Part shown: positions 9,059-17,658 of the stretch, piece after piece
Position numbering within the stretch: the first letter of the stretch is position 1
How the letters are laid out: every line of letters starts with the position of its first letter
Assembly: GCA_049967655.1 (NCBI GenBank)
Contig: JBMFSH010000030.1
Location: 1-34,346 of the forward strand
DNA: 34,346 bases
Direction of reading: 5' to 3'
Origin: Acidobacteriota bacterium
Lineage (GTDB): Bacteria > Acidobacteriota > UBA4820 > DSQY01
Translations under genes and position numbers: made by a program
The notes under the pieces: model-generated
The model's database searches: none
What the model was told of the DNA's origin: nothing
What the model saw: the letters and a program-made list of their open reading frames with translations, nothing else

Positions 9059-10042
9059 TTGCGAATCGGCATCAACGGACTGGGAAGGATCGGACGGGGG
9101 TTTCTGAAGACCGTCTGGAAGGACCCCCGGCTTCAGGTCACCGCGCTGAACGACGTGGCCGAGGGGGCGGTCCTGGCCCACCTCCTGCGCCACGACTCCT
9201 ACTACGGCCCATGGAACACTCCGGTGACGGAGGTCCCCGAGGGTATCTCCGTGGGGGGGCGTACCATGCCGCTCTACCACTGCGCCTCGCCGAACGACAT
9301 CCCCTGGGAGGAGTGGGGCGTCGAGTGGGTCGTGGAGGCCACCGGCAAGTTCAAGAGCCGCCGGGCGATGGAGGGGCACCGCTGCAACGTCCTGCTCACG
9401 GCGTCGAGCCAGGAGGCCGACCGGCAGGTCGTCTTCGGCGTGAACCACGAATCGATCCGGCCTGGAGAGGTTCTCCTGTCCGCCACTTCGTGCACCACCC
9501 ACTGCGTGGTCCCTCCCCTGTGGGCGCTCCACGAGCGGTTCGGGGCCCGTTCGGTGCTCTTCAACACGGTCCACTGCTACAACGTGGGCCAGACCCTGGT
9601 GGACGCGCCCCAGAAGGATCTCAGGCGGGCTCGCGCGGGCGCCCTGAACATCATCCCCACCACCACGAGCGCTTCGCTGGCCCTCGAGGCCGTGCTACCC
9701 GACCTCAAGGGCAGGATCCGCGGGATGGCGGTGCGCGTTCCGGCCCCGGCCGTTTCCCTCACCGAGATCACCATCCAGGTGGAGCGCACGGCGAGCCCCG
9801 AGACCGTAACCGCCTGCCTTCAAGAGGCGGCGGACGGAAGCCTCAAGGGCATCCTCGCCCTCTCCCGGGAGGAGCTGGTATCCCAGGACTTCCTGGCAAG
9901 CACGGCCTCTTCGACGGTGGACCTGCCCCTGTTGCAGGTCCAGGAGGATCTCGTGAGGCTCATCGCCTGGTACGACAACGAATGGGGGTACGTCCACCGG
10001 CTGGTGGACCTGCTCGCCTACCTGGAGGGGAGGCAGACGTGA
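9059..10042 (+). CDS. gap: Type I glyceraldehyde-3-phosphate dehydrogenase family protein (divergent)
   Basis: GINGLGRIGR, VVEATG, catalytic SCTTHC, RRARAG, NIIPTTT, GMAVRVP and WYDNEWGY motifs. TTG start after AAGGAGG; GTGA overlap with pgk. Confidence 0.9.
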   Translation: MRIGINGLGRIGRGFLKTVWKDPRLQVTALNDVAEGAVLAHLLRHDSYYGPWNTPVTEVPEGISVGGRTMPLYHCASPNDIPWEEWGVEWVVEATGKFKSRRAMEGHRCNVLLTASSQEADRQVVFGVNHESIRPGEVLLSATSCTTHCVVPPLWALHERFGARSVLFNTVHCYNVGQTLVDAPQKDLRRARAGALNIIPTTTSASLALEAVLPDLKGRIRGMAVRVPAPAVSLTEITIQVERTASPETVTACLQEAADGSLKGILALSREELVSQDFLASTASSTVDLPLLQVQEDLVRLIAWYDNEWGYVHRLVDLLAYLEGRQT

Positions 10043-11226
10043 ACAGGTATCTGTCGGTGCGCGACCTGCCGGTACTGGACAGGAAGGTTCTGGTCCGGGT
10101 GGATCTGAACGTCCCCCTCCGAGAGGGGCTGATCCAGGACGAGACGAGGATTCTGTCCGTCCTACCAACTCTGACCTCCATCCTGGATCGGGGAGGGGCG
10201 GTCATCGCCTGCTCCCATCTGGGGCGCCCCAAGGGAGCCGTGGTGCCGGCCCTCTCGCTCGGCCCCGTGGCCCGTCGGCTGGCGGAGCTCCTGCCCGATA
10301 GGACGGTATTCGCGGCCGGAGACGTCGTGGGACCCGACGCCAGGGCGAAGGCCGCGGGACTAAAGCCGGGGCAGCTGCTCCTTCTGGAAAACGTGCGCTT
10401 CGAACCCGGCGAGGCTAAGGAAGACGAGGCCTTCGCGGAGGCCCTACGGTCCCTCGCCGATCTCTACGTGAATGACGCCTTCGGCTCGTGCCATCGCGCG
10501 CACGCTTCCGTCCACGGCGTAGCCAAGCTCTTTCCTAGGGCGGCGGCGGGGCTGTTGCTCGAGAGGGAGCTCCAGTACCTCGAAGGGCGGCTGAACGATC
10601 CGGAGCGTCCCTACGCCGCCTTCCTGGGCGGGGCCAAGGTCTCGGACAAGGTCCCCATCCTGGAGCGGCTCCTCGACCGGGTGGACTCCCTCTGCGTGGG
10701 CGGCGCCATGGCGCTGAACTTTCTCGCCGCTCGGGGGCTTCCCACGGGAAGAAGTCTCATCGAGCCCGATCTGGCGGGGGTCTGCAAGGCCATCCTCACC
10801 CGAGCCGGAGAGAAAAAGGTCCATCTGCTCCTCCCCGTGGACCACGTGGCTGCGGCCGCCTTGGAGGCGGAGGAGGCCGAGGTGGTGGACGCGGACGCCC
10901 TGCCCGAAGGGCTGGCCGCCTTCGACATCGGCCCCCGGACCATCCGGCGGTTCAGCGACATCGCGCTCGCCAGCCGAACCCTCTTCTGGAACGGCCCCAT
11001 GGGGGTCTTCGAGCGGCCCCTCTTCTCCACCGGGACCATCGAACTGGCCAAGGCGGTCGCCACATCCGAGGGAGTGAGCGTGATCGGAGGGGGAGACTCG
11101 ATCTCGGCCGTGCACGCGGCGGGCGTGGCCTCCTCCATCGACCACATCTCCACCGGAGGAGGCGCCTCACTGGCGCTCGTGGCCGGGGAAAAGCTCCCCG
11201 GCCTGGAATTTCTTTCCCGCCCCTGA
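10039..11226 (+). CDS. pgk: Phosphoglycerate kinase
   Basis: RVDLNVP, SHLGRP, LLENVRF, VNDAFG..HRAHAS, GGAKVSDK, WNGPMGVFE, GGGDS and HISTGGGA motifs. True start is GTG at 10039, overlapping the gap stop. Confidence 0.96.
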   Translation: MNRYLSVRDLPVLDRKVLVRVDLNVPLREGLIQDETRILSVLPTLTSILDRGGAVIACSHLGRPKGAVVPALSLGPVARRLAELLPDRTVFAAGDVVGPDARAKAAGLKPGQLLLLENVRFEPGEAKEDEAFAEALRSLADLYVNDAFGSCHRAHASVHGVAKLFPRAAAGLLLERELQYLEGRLNDPERPYAAFLGGAKVSDKVPILERLLDRVDSLCVGGAMALNFLAARGLPTGRSLIEPDLAGVCKAILTRAGEKKVHLLLPVDHVAAAALEAEEAEVVDADALPEGLAAFDIGPRTIRRFSDIALASRTLFWNGPMGVFERPLFSTGTIELAKAVATSEGVSVIGGGDSISAVHAAGVASSIDHISTGGGASLALVAGEKLPGLEFLSRP

Positions 11227-11264
11227 GCGTCCTTCCGCCCGGACGCCCGTCCGACCAAATGAAC

Positions 11265-11291
11265 AGGGGGCCCGTCCGGGCCCCCTTCTTT
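11265..11291 (+). terminator. Intrinsic terminator after pgk, between convergent genes
   Basis: AGGGGGCCCG-tc-CGGGCCCCCT inverted repeat followed by TCTTT. Confidence 0.7.
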
Positions 11292-11314
11292 ACAACCTGC
11301 CATCTAGCTTCGTT

Positions 11315-11872
11315 CTAGAAGCGCACCGCGAGACCGATCCGGCCGTCCACGGTGTTGATCTTCTCAACATCGTTGAACCCCATGTGGGTATAGGTCGCCT
11401 GCAGGTTGATGCCCACGTTCTTGGTGAAAAAATGACGATAGCCGACACCCGCTTCGGCCGCCCACTTGGTCTCGCTGCCGAAGGCAAAGCGGCTTGGAGA
11501 GGGAAGGGCATTGAGCGTGTAGGAGAAGGAGTCCCGTCGTGCGAACCCGGCTCCTATGAAGCCGTAGACCTGATCGTTCTCCGTCAGCGACGTGGCGTAC
11601 TCGGGCGCCAGCATGAAGGTCCAGATGTGATCCTTGACGGAGGAGTCCTTCACCTTCCCCTCGAGGTAGCCCATGTCGAAGTTGAGCTTGAAGTTATCCG
11701 TGAAGGCATAACCCAGGCGGGTCGAATAGTTCCACCCGCTGTCCATCCACTTGTTGCTGTTGTTGTAGCCGGCGTTGAGATCCCAGAACCAGGGGTTGCT
11801 GGGAGCCTGGGCGAAAAAGGGAAGAGAGCCGAAGGTCAGGAAGGCGGCGACCAGAAGCACTTTTTTCATCAT
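11315..11872 (-). CDS. Outer membrane beta-barrel protein (OmpA-like transmembrane domain)
   Basis: Signal peptide, alternating beta-strand pattern (YGFIGAG, AEAGVGYRHFF), C-terminal Phe (GLAVRF), GAGGAGG RBS. Confidence 0.85.
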   Translation of the reverse strand: MMKKVLLVAAFLTFGSLPFFAQAPSNPWFWDLNAGYNNSNKWMDSGWNYSTRLGYAFTDNFKLNFDMGYLEGKVKDSSVKDHIWTFMLAPEYATSLTENDQVYGFIGAGFARRDSFSYTLNALPSPSRFAFGSETKWAAEAGVGYRHFFTKNVGINLQATYTHMGFNDVEKINTVDGRIGLAVRF

Positions 11873-12017
11873 GTTCCTCCTCGTTTGTGTTGGTACGACC
11901 AGTTGTTGGAAATCCTCCTATACCGACGTTTTGAGATAAGCAAAAGCCATACCAGCGACACGGATCGGGGGCGTGGTCCGTCCCGTCGCTGAAAATACGG
12001 AGGCAGCCGCCCATAGA

Positions 12018-12049
12018 CCGGTGGACGGCGCTCGCGCGCCGTCCACCGG
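12018..12049 (-). other. Perfect 14-bp stem-loop with GNRA loop downstream of the LysM gene (terminator or mRNA stabiliser)
   Basis: CCGGTGGACGGCGC-tcgc-GCGCCGTCCACCGG; the loop reads GCGA on the - strand; no clear U-tract. Confidence 0.6.
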
Positions 12050-12076
12050 GGTCCGTCTGGATGGAAGTTCTTCGGG

Positions 12077-13531
12077 TTACTCCATTTGCACCCTGTCGCC
12101 GAAGGTGATCGAGGAGTTGGAGGAGATGATCTTGACACAGGCGGTACGGCCCTCCGTCGTCAATACAACCCCCTCTCCTAGGTACATTCGGATGGCCTTG
12201 ACCGCGTCTCTTTGGCTGTTGCGCAGATTGTCCTCCCGGGCCAGGATGTCACTCTGATGCTCCTTCTCGGACTTGCTCTCCGTCCCCACCCCGGCTTCCG
12301 CCGTTCCGCCCTCGGCCATCGACTCTTCGGGGCCCTCGTACTTGCTCACCTTCGGCATGCGGAAGAGATCCTTCGGGCCTACGTTGATCTTCTGCTGGCG
12401 GAAGAGGTCCCTGGTGGTTTCCGTAAAGGTGCCGGTCTGCCCGGGGAAGCGGTAGAACCAGAGCTTGTCGCCGGGAAGGAGCCCCTCCCTGGAGCCCAGG
12501 TCGATGTAAACGATCTGACCGTCACCCATGTTCTGGATCCGATCTTCCGACCAGACAACCCGGCCCTGGGGCTTCGTACTGGGAGGCAGATCCAACGGGA
12601 TGGATGGGCTGCGCTTGATGTCCCAGGGGAGAGGGATGACCTGCCAGGGGACTAGCACGTCTCCATAACGGATCTCGTCACAGGATTGTGAAATCTCCGC
12701 GATGCTGGCGTGGGGCTGGACGGCCAGCACCTTGGCCTGGCCTACCCGGCGGACGTAGCGTCCGAGGCTCCTGCCGGTGATGGGGTGGCTCACGGTCTGT
12801 CCCGGCTCGAGGATGGAGAAGAGCATGCCCGGCTGCATCCCCTCGTCCTTGCCCTCGTTCAGGTAGACCACGTCTCCCTGGGCGAGGGATTCGCGTTGCC
12901 GCTCCGGCGAGGAGAGAATGGTCAGGTGCGGCCTCTTGAAGTGCCTTGTGATGAAGCCCGAACAGTAGACGTCGTGGGAGGAGATCGGAGGCATGGGGGC
13001 CTCCTGCTCCAGCTCCAACCCTCCCGCCTTGGCCTTCTCGGGCTGCTTCGGCGGGGGAGGTTCAGGCTCGAGAGGCACGTGCTCGCTCACGACCTGCGGC
13101 TTCTTGATGTACAGGGGGTCGCCGGGGTAGATCCAGTGAGCATCCTTGATGTAGGGGTTTTCGTCCCAGATCTGGGGCCACAGTTGCCAAGTTCCCAGCT
13201 GGGCCTGGGCGATCTTGGAGAGCGTGTCGCCCGGCTTGATCGTGTACACCTGGACACCCTCGGGCGGCTTTTCCGGAGGGGTGTAGGGGGTCCAGTGGCC
13301 GTCCGCCTCTTTGACCAGGTGTTTTGGGGGTACCGGTGATCCCTTGTAGGTCTTGGCTTTCTGCAGCATCTCAGGAGAGACGGCAGGCGTCCCTGGCTGA
13401 GCGGCCGGCTTCTCGGCGGCCTTCTCGGGTGGCTGGGAGGGTTTCTCCTGCTGAGCGCCCGCGGTCACCCCCCACCCGAGTCCCAGCACGAAGGGTAGGA
13501 TGAGCGTGAAATACGGCATCCGAATTCGCAT
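12077..13531 (-). CDS. LysM peptidoglycan-binding domain exported protein
   Basis: Signal peptide, LysM YTIKPGDTLSKIA...WPQIWDENPYIKDAHWIYPGDPL, and C-terminal beta domains (GDVVYLNEG, IVYIDLGSREGLLPGD). Start set at MRIRM after a GAGGGGAG RBS. Confidence 0.88.
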   Translation of the reverse strand: MRIRMPYFTLILPFVLGLGWGVTAGAQQEKPSQPPEKAAEKPAAQPGTPAVSPEMLQKAKTYKGSPVPPKHLVKEADGHWTPYTPPEKPPEGVQVYTIKPGDTLSKIAQAQLGTWQLWPQIWDENPYIKDAHWIYPGDPLYIKKPQVVSEHVPLEPEPPPPKQPEKAKAGGLELEQEAPMPPISSHDVYCSGFITRHFKRPHLTILSSPERQRESLAQGDVVYLNEGKDEGMQPGMLFSILEPGQTVSHPITGRSLGRYVRRVGQAKVLAVQPHASIAEISQSCDEIRYGDVLVPWQVIPLPWDIKRSPSIPLDLPPSTKPQGRVVWSEDRIQNMGDGQIVYIDLGSREGLLPGDKLWFYRFPGQTGTFTETTRDLFRQQKINVGPKDLFRMPKVSKYEGPEESMAEGGTAEAGVGTESKSEKEHQSDILAREDNLRNSQRDAVKAIRMYLGEGVVLTTEGRTACVKIISSNSSITFGDRVQME

Positions 13532-13571
13532 CGCTATTCTCCCCTCACACACGAGACCCAATCTCCAATTA

Positions 13572-13600
13572 AGTGTATTGAACGGCCAGAAAAAAGTCAA
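13572..13600 (-). promoter_or_regulatory. Sigma70 promoter for the LysM gene
   Basis: TTGACT-17 bp-TACACT on the - strand within an AT-rich intergenic patch. Confidence 0.7.
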
Positions 13601-13695
13601 GCGTTTGGTCTAAAACCCAATCTAATAGTTAAGGTTTTTTGTCCTCCCCGCGCGTGAATTGGCTCGCCTGCTCTCGCGGATCGCCCCTTTCGCCA

Positions 13696-15495
13696 TCAGC
13701 GGTCTAACTCCTTGATCCTCTTGCGCATGGCGATGGCCCTCGGATCCCTCAGGCTGACGGCCTGGGCCTTGTCCAGGTAAGCTCGGCACCGGGCGAACAG
13801 CCCGTTGTTCAAGTAAAATTCTGCCAGATCCAGCAGATATTCGATCTCCCCCGGGTTCAGCTCGATGGCCCGCTGAAACTCTCGTTCGGCCATGTGCTTG
13901 GCCCGGCTGTTGGTGTTCTTCTCGTAGATCTTCGCCATCAGGTAGTGGGCCTGAGCCGAAAAGCCGTTGTGGAAGAGCGCCAGCCTCAGGTGCTGGGAGG
14001 CATCGTGCCACTGCTCCTGGGCCATGCAGTCGATGGCCCGTTGGAGGCAGAGCTGGGCCTCCTGCTGGCGGCTCTCCGAGATCTGCCTGAGTGCGGTGTC
14101 GGCCTGGGCCACCGGATTCGGCCCCACCTCCGCCTCGGCGCTCTCGGCCCTTGCCTCGGCCTTGCGGTCTTCGAGGTAGCTGTTCTGCAGGAGGAGGAGA
14201 GACTCCCCCATCTTGGCGGTCAGAAAGAAGAGCTCCTTCTGGTGCCTCTTGAACACCTCCGGATGCAGATTGGCCTGGCTGAGGCGCTCCTTCAGCGCCT
14301 CGTGGGCCTTCACCGCCTCGGCCGGCGCGCTGCCCGGGGGCACACCGAGGACCTTGTAAGGGCTGATGCCGGGGACCTTGAACGCCTGGACCAGGTTCTG
14401 GATGGCCTCCGACTGCCGCTGGATCAGGGCGGTCTCCTCATCGAGGCGAACCGCCAGGCCGGACAGCCGGAAGGGCGGCTCCACGGCGGGCTCGCTGGCG
14501 AGGAGGCCGAGCAGGAGGAGCAGGTACACCCCGCCCAGGAGCTGCCGCCCAGGCAGAATTCCCGTCTGGAGCAGGTCGGACACCGCCACCGGCTGCTGGC
14601 ACTGCTGGAGCAGGTAGCCGTGATGGGGTTGGATGGGCAGGTCCTCAGGGAGCATCTCCTCCACCCTGCCGACCTTGACGCCCGGCCTCTTGAGCACGGC
14701 CATCGCCTCCTCCGGGATCTGGTCGACCAGCTGCACCAGGAGGGCGGGGATCTCGATGGGCAGGAGTCCCTCCGGTATGACCACCGGCTCCGACCGGCAG
14801 GCCATGGGAGCGTGCAGGGGCAGGGAGGCGAGCAAGGAGAGGGTGGCCTGCTGTTTGACGGGCGCCATGGGGGCCGACCGAGCCAGCCTCTCCTCCAGCG
14901 CTGCCAGAGCGAGCTGGGGGTCCTCCCCCTGTTCGCCGCACTCCAGCCCGGCATCCAGGAGGCCCGACCGGTAGCGCTCCCAGTAGAGGGGGTGGACCAG
15001 GGTCCAGAGCCTTCCCTCACCGAACAGGAGGTGCAGTTCACCAGCCTGGGTTTGGACGGCGACCCTCCGGTGGGTGAAATCCACGAAACCCTCCCCCAGC
15101 AGCTCGATCAGGCTCATGCGGGCGGGGCCCGCTGCCTCAGCGAGACGGGCCAGGGCCTGCCGGCACGAGGACTCATCCAGGGGCCGCGGCAGAAGGACGG
15201 CCACCCCGGCGTCCCGGGCGCGGGTCTCCAGCTCCTCTCCCACTCCGGCGGCCGCCACGATGGCCACTGGAGGAAGATCGGGGAAGCGGCCCCTGGCCGT
15301 CCTCACGAAGGACAGCCCGTCCCACTGCCCGGCCAGCGTCATGTCGGCCACGATGGCCGTCGGCCTGCAGTCGGCCAGGAACTCCACGGCCTGCGCCACC
15401 GTGCCCCTCTCCTGGAGGTCCCAGGCCCTGGGAAGGGCCGCCCGGAGAATCTTGAGGAGGTCGGTATCGCGCGTGAGAACCAGAAGGGTGTTCAT
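13696..15495 (-). CDS. Multidomain protein: atypical receiver domain, DnaJ-like segment and C-terminal TPRs
   Basis: Start MNTLLVL overlaps the RuBisCO stop (ATGA). Receiver-like IVADMTL..DGLSF..LLPRP; J-like SPYKVLGV..HPE; TPR-like AQAHYLMAKIY, AEREFQRAIELNP and YLDKAQAVS. Confidence 0.78.
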   Translation of the reverse strand: MNTLLVLTRDTDLLKILRAALPRAWDLQERGTVAQAVEFLADCRPTAIVADMTLAGQWDGLSFVRTARGRFPDLPPVAIVAAAGVGEELETRARDAGVAVLLPRPLDESSCRQALARLAEAAGPARMSLIELLGEGFVDFTHRRVAVQTQAGELHLLFGEGRLWTLVHPLYWERYRSGLLDAGLECGEQGEDPQLALAALEERLARSAPMAPVKQQATLSLLASLPLHAPMACRSEPVVIPEGLLPIEIPALLVQLVDQIPEEAMAVLKRPGVKVGRVEEMLPEDLPIQPHHGYLLQQCQQPVAVSDLLQTGILPGRQLLGGVYLLLLLGLLASEPAVEPPFRLSGLAVRLDEETALIQRQSEAIQNLVQAFKVPGISPYKVLGVPPGSAPAEAVKAHEALKERLSQANLHPEVFKRHQKELFFLTAKMGESLLLLQNSYLEDRKAEARAESAEAEVGPNPVAQADTALRQISESRQQEAQLCLQRAIDCMAQEQWHDASQHLRLALFHNGFSAQAHYLMAKIYEKNTNSRAKHMAEREFQRAIELNPGEIEYLLDLAEFYLNNGLFARCRAYLDKAQAVSLRDPRAIAMRKRIKELDR

Positions 15496-16769
15496 CCTTG
15501 TCCCTTCCAGAAGGCAAGGGCCGTCCGGAGTTCGGGGGCCGACGAGGAGGCGTGTTCGAGCGTCAGTCCGGCGAGAACCGCCTCCACGGCCTGTCGGACG
15601 GCCTTCGTCCCCGCTGCGGTCCCGCCGGGATGGCCGTGGATCCCTCCGCCGAACTGGAGGATCACCTCCGTCCCGAACAGGGACATCAGAGCCGGAACGT
15701 GTCCTGGGTGCAGGCCGCCCGAGGCGATGGGCATGGCGGGCAGGATACCGCGCCAGTCCTGCCCGTCGGCCATCGCCCCATCCTCGGAGGGCCAGGCCCT
15801 CAAGGCCCGCGCCGATCGCAGCACGGCCTCCCGGCTCCCCTCCATCTTGCCCACCGCCGTTCCCACGTGAAGCTGATCGATTCCCGCGAGTCGCGCCGAG
15901 CGCGCCATCACCTCCATGGCGATCCCGTGCTCGGGTAGGCGCGTGAAGGCCGCGTGCATGGCCCTGTGCCCGTGAAGGACCAATCCCATGCCGGCTCCGC
16001 GGAGGCTCTGGACCCCCGACCAGCCGGCCGTCACCAGGTCGACCATGGCGAAGCGGCCGCCGAGGTGGGCCACGAGCCCCATCCTCCTCAGCATGACCTC
16101 CGTGGGGGCGGTGACGTTGGGGATGTACCCCTTGGCGGAGCCGGTCGCATCCTCCGCCCGCTTCGCCGCGTCGAGGCAGGCCCGGAGCCGCTCCTCGAAG
16201 GGACAGAAGCTCTGGGAGGTGAGGTTCTCGTCGTCCTTGACCACGTCGCAGCCCGCCACCATGGCCTCGTAGACCACCTGGGCCTGGGCCTTGGGATCCA
16301 GGCCGATCTTGGGCTTCACGATGGTGCCGACGAGGGGGCGGCCGGTGACGCCCAGGACCTCCCGGATACCCTGGATTCCTCTGGCCGGGCCCGGGAAGGA
16401 GGCAGCCAGGGCTTTCGGGAAGCGCACGGCCTCCAGGCGAAGCCTCCTCACCTCCTTCATCCCGAAGATGTTGCCCGCCACCGAAGAGAAGACCTGGGGC
16501 ATGTTGCCGCCCTCGAAGAGGACGGCGCCGTAGGCGATCACCACGCCCCGATCGTCCGCGGCGAGGACGCGCGCCCTCAGCCTCTCCCTCAGCTCGGGAG
16601 TGAGGGCCGCCACGTCGGTCCAGGTGCCGATGGAAGACTCGGCGGCCAGAGCATTGGCGGCCTTCTCCAGGGAGGTGCCCGCCTCCGGTTCCACGCGGAA
16701 CCGGCATACCAGGTCGTCCTCCAGCGGTTCACCGCCCAATTCCAGGTAGGGAAGCACTTCCCCGGGCAT
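15492..16769 (-). CDS. rbcL: Form III (archaeal-type) ribulose-1,5-bisphosphate carboxylase large subunit
   Basis: 425 aa with AESSIGTWT (E60/T65), GNIFGMK (N123), GTIVKPKIGL (K175/K177), KDDENL (K201/D203/E204), HGHRAMH (H294/R295), DQLHVGTAVGKMEG (H327/K334), ASGG (S379) and QFGGGIHGHP (G403/G404); spinach numbering. GGAGGAG RBS. Confidence 0.93.
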   Translation of the reverse strand: MPGEVLPYLELGGEPLEDDLVCRFRVEPEAGTSLEKAANALAAESSIGTWTDVAALTPELRERLRARVLAADDRGVVIAYGAVLFEGGNMPQVFSSVAGNIFGMKEVRRLRLEAVRFPKALAASFPGPARGIQGIREVLGVTGRPLVGTIVKPKIGLDPKAQAQVVYEAMVAGCDVVKDDENLTSQSFCPFEERLRACLDAAKRAEDATGSAKGYIPNVTAPTEVMLRRMGLVAHLGGRFAMVDLVTAGWSGVQSLRGAGMGLVLHGHRAMHAAFTRLPEHGIAMEVMARSARLAGIDQLHVGTAVGKMEGSREAVLRSARALRAWPSEDGAMADGQDWRGILPAMPIASGGLHPGHVPALMSLFGTEVILQFGGGIHGHPGGTAAGTKAVRQAVEAVLAGLTLEHASSSAPELRTALAFWKGQG

Positions 16770-16779
16770 GGCACTCCTC

Positions 16780-17646
16780 CTATGAACGTTCTCGCGCGGG
16801 GAGCGCGGGAGGGCAGAGGGCCAGGATATCCTTCACGAGCCCCCTTTCAGTAATGAAGGCCGTCACGTACTTGAGGTGCACCTTGTCGAAGGCCGGGTTC
16901 AGGACCAGGACCCCCGCCGGCGCGTCGGGCCACACCTCCGCCGGGTCCCGCTGCTCCACGGCCTCGTCGATGTGGTCCCGGACCACCTTGAGCGTGAGGG
17001 TCGCGCAGTAGGTGGGCACGTCGTACCGGCTAGCCACCACGCAGAAGATGCCCGTACCCACCTTGTTGATGAGGTATCCCGACGGGAGCACGGCGTCGGC
17101 ACCGAAGAGGAAGAGGTCGGCTCCGTCCAGCGCGACCTTGGCGGCAGCGTCCACCATGTGCCTCACCTCGATGCCCTCCCGCGCCAGCTCCGCGGCCGTG
17201 ATGCGCCCCTGAAAGCGGGGGCGGGTTTCCGTGTTCAGCACCGTGAAGCGCTTCCCCAGGCGCCAGGCCTCTTTGAGCACCGAGACCGCAGAGGAGGAGT
17301 GGCAATGCGTGAAGACCGTCATGCCGTCGCTCACCAGGTCTGCTCCGGCGCGGGCCATGGCCGCCTCGTCCCGGCGGACCTGTTCCAATAGCGCTCCGGC
17401 CCGCTCCGCCGGCCTGCCGGAGGCATCCTCCCCTTCCGCGCCGGACAGGAAGAGCTCGAGGAGATTTCTCAGCATGGGCTCGTTTGGACGGGCTTTAGCG
17501 AGAAGTTCGGCCAGGGCGCGACGGTCCGCTCCCGGCTCCACCGACAACTCCGCCGCCAGGGCTTCGAGGGCCGCCTTGGCGATGGCGTTGGCGCCCTGGA
17601 TCTCCAGGTTCCGAATGCGCGCGGCGGTGGTTTCCACGAGACCCAC
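16780..17646 (-). CDS. Ribose-1,5-bisphosphate isomerase (eIF2B alpha/beta/delta family)
   Basis: IQGA, ARP, THCHSS (catalytic Cys), NTETRP, GADA (catalytic Asp), NKVGT, NPAFD and ITERG motifs. Lies between the NMP phosphorylase and RuBisCO; GTG start with GGAGG RBS. Confidence 0.88.
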   Translation of the reverse strand: MGLVETTAARIRNLEIQGANAIAKAALEALAAELSVEPGADRRALAELLAKARPNEPMLRNLLELFLSGAEGEDASGRPAERAGALLEQVRRDEAAMARAGADLVSDGMTVFTHCHSSSAVSVLKEAWRLGKRFTVLNTETRPRFQGRITAAELAREGIEVRHMVDAAAKVALDGADLFLFGADAVLPSGYLINKVGTGIFCVVASRYDVPTYCATLTLKVVRDHIDEAVEQRDPAEVWPDAPAGVLVLNPAFDKVHLKYVTAFITERGLVKDILALCPPALPARERS

Positions 17647-17658
17647 GGGCGGTCCTCC

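Noticed and set aside
9028..11226. 732-aa ORF as an extended or fused PGK
   Set aside because: The first 337 codons overlap gap in another frame and are low-complexity; the real start is GTG at 10039.
13696..16707. 1003-aa ORF overlapping RuBisCO
   Set aside because: The N-terminal 404 codons are an off-frame read through the RuBisCO gene; protein-like sequence begins at 15495.
15492..16769. RuBisCO-like protein (Form IV) of methionine salvage
   Set aside because: The carboxylase residues, including H294/R295, H327 and loop-6 K334, are present, and the neighbours are an NMP phosphorylase and an R15P isomerase rather than mtn genes.
9059..16769. Calvin cycle / autotrophy cluster (gap, pgk, rbcL)
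   Set aside because: No prk, rbcS, tkt, fbp or cbbQ/X in the window. The RuBP source is explained by the adjacent phosphorylase and isomerase. Autotrophy cannot be excluded genome-wide.
16780..17646. MtnA (methylthioribose-1-phosphate isomerase) or eIF2B subunit
   Set aside because: It lacks the MtnA N-terminal LDQ..LP region and THCNAG motif (has THCHSS), and the gene context indicates R15P isomerase.
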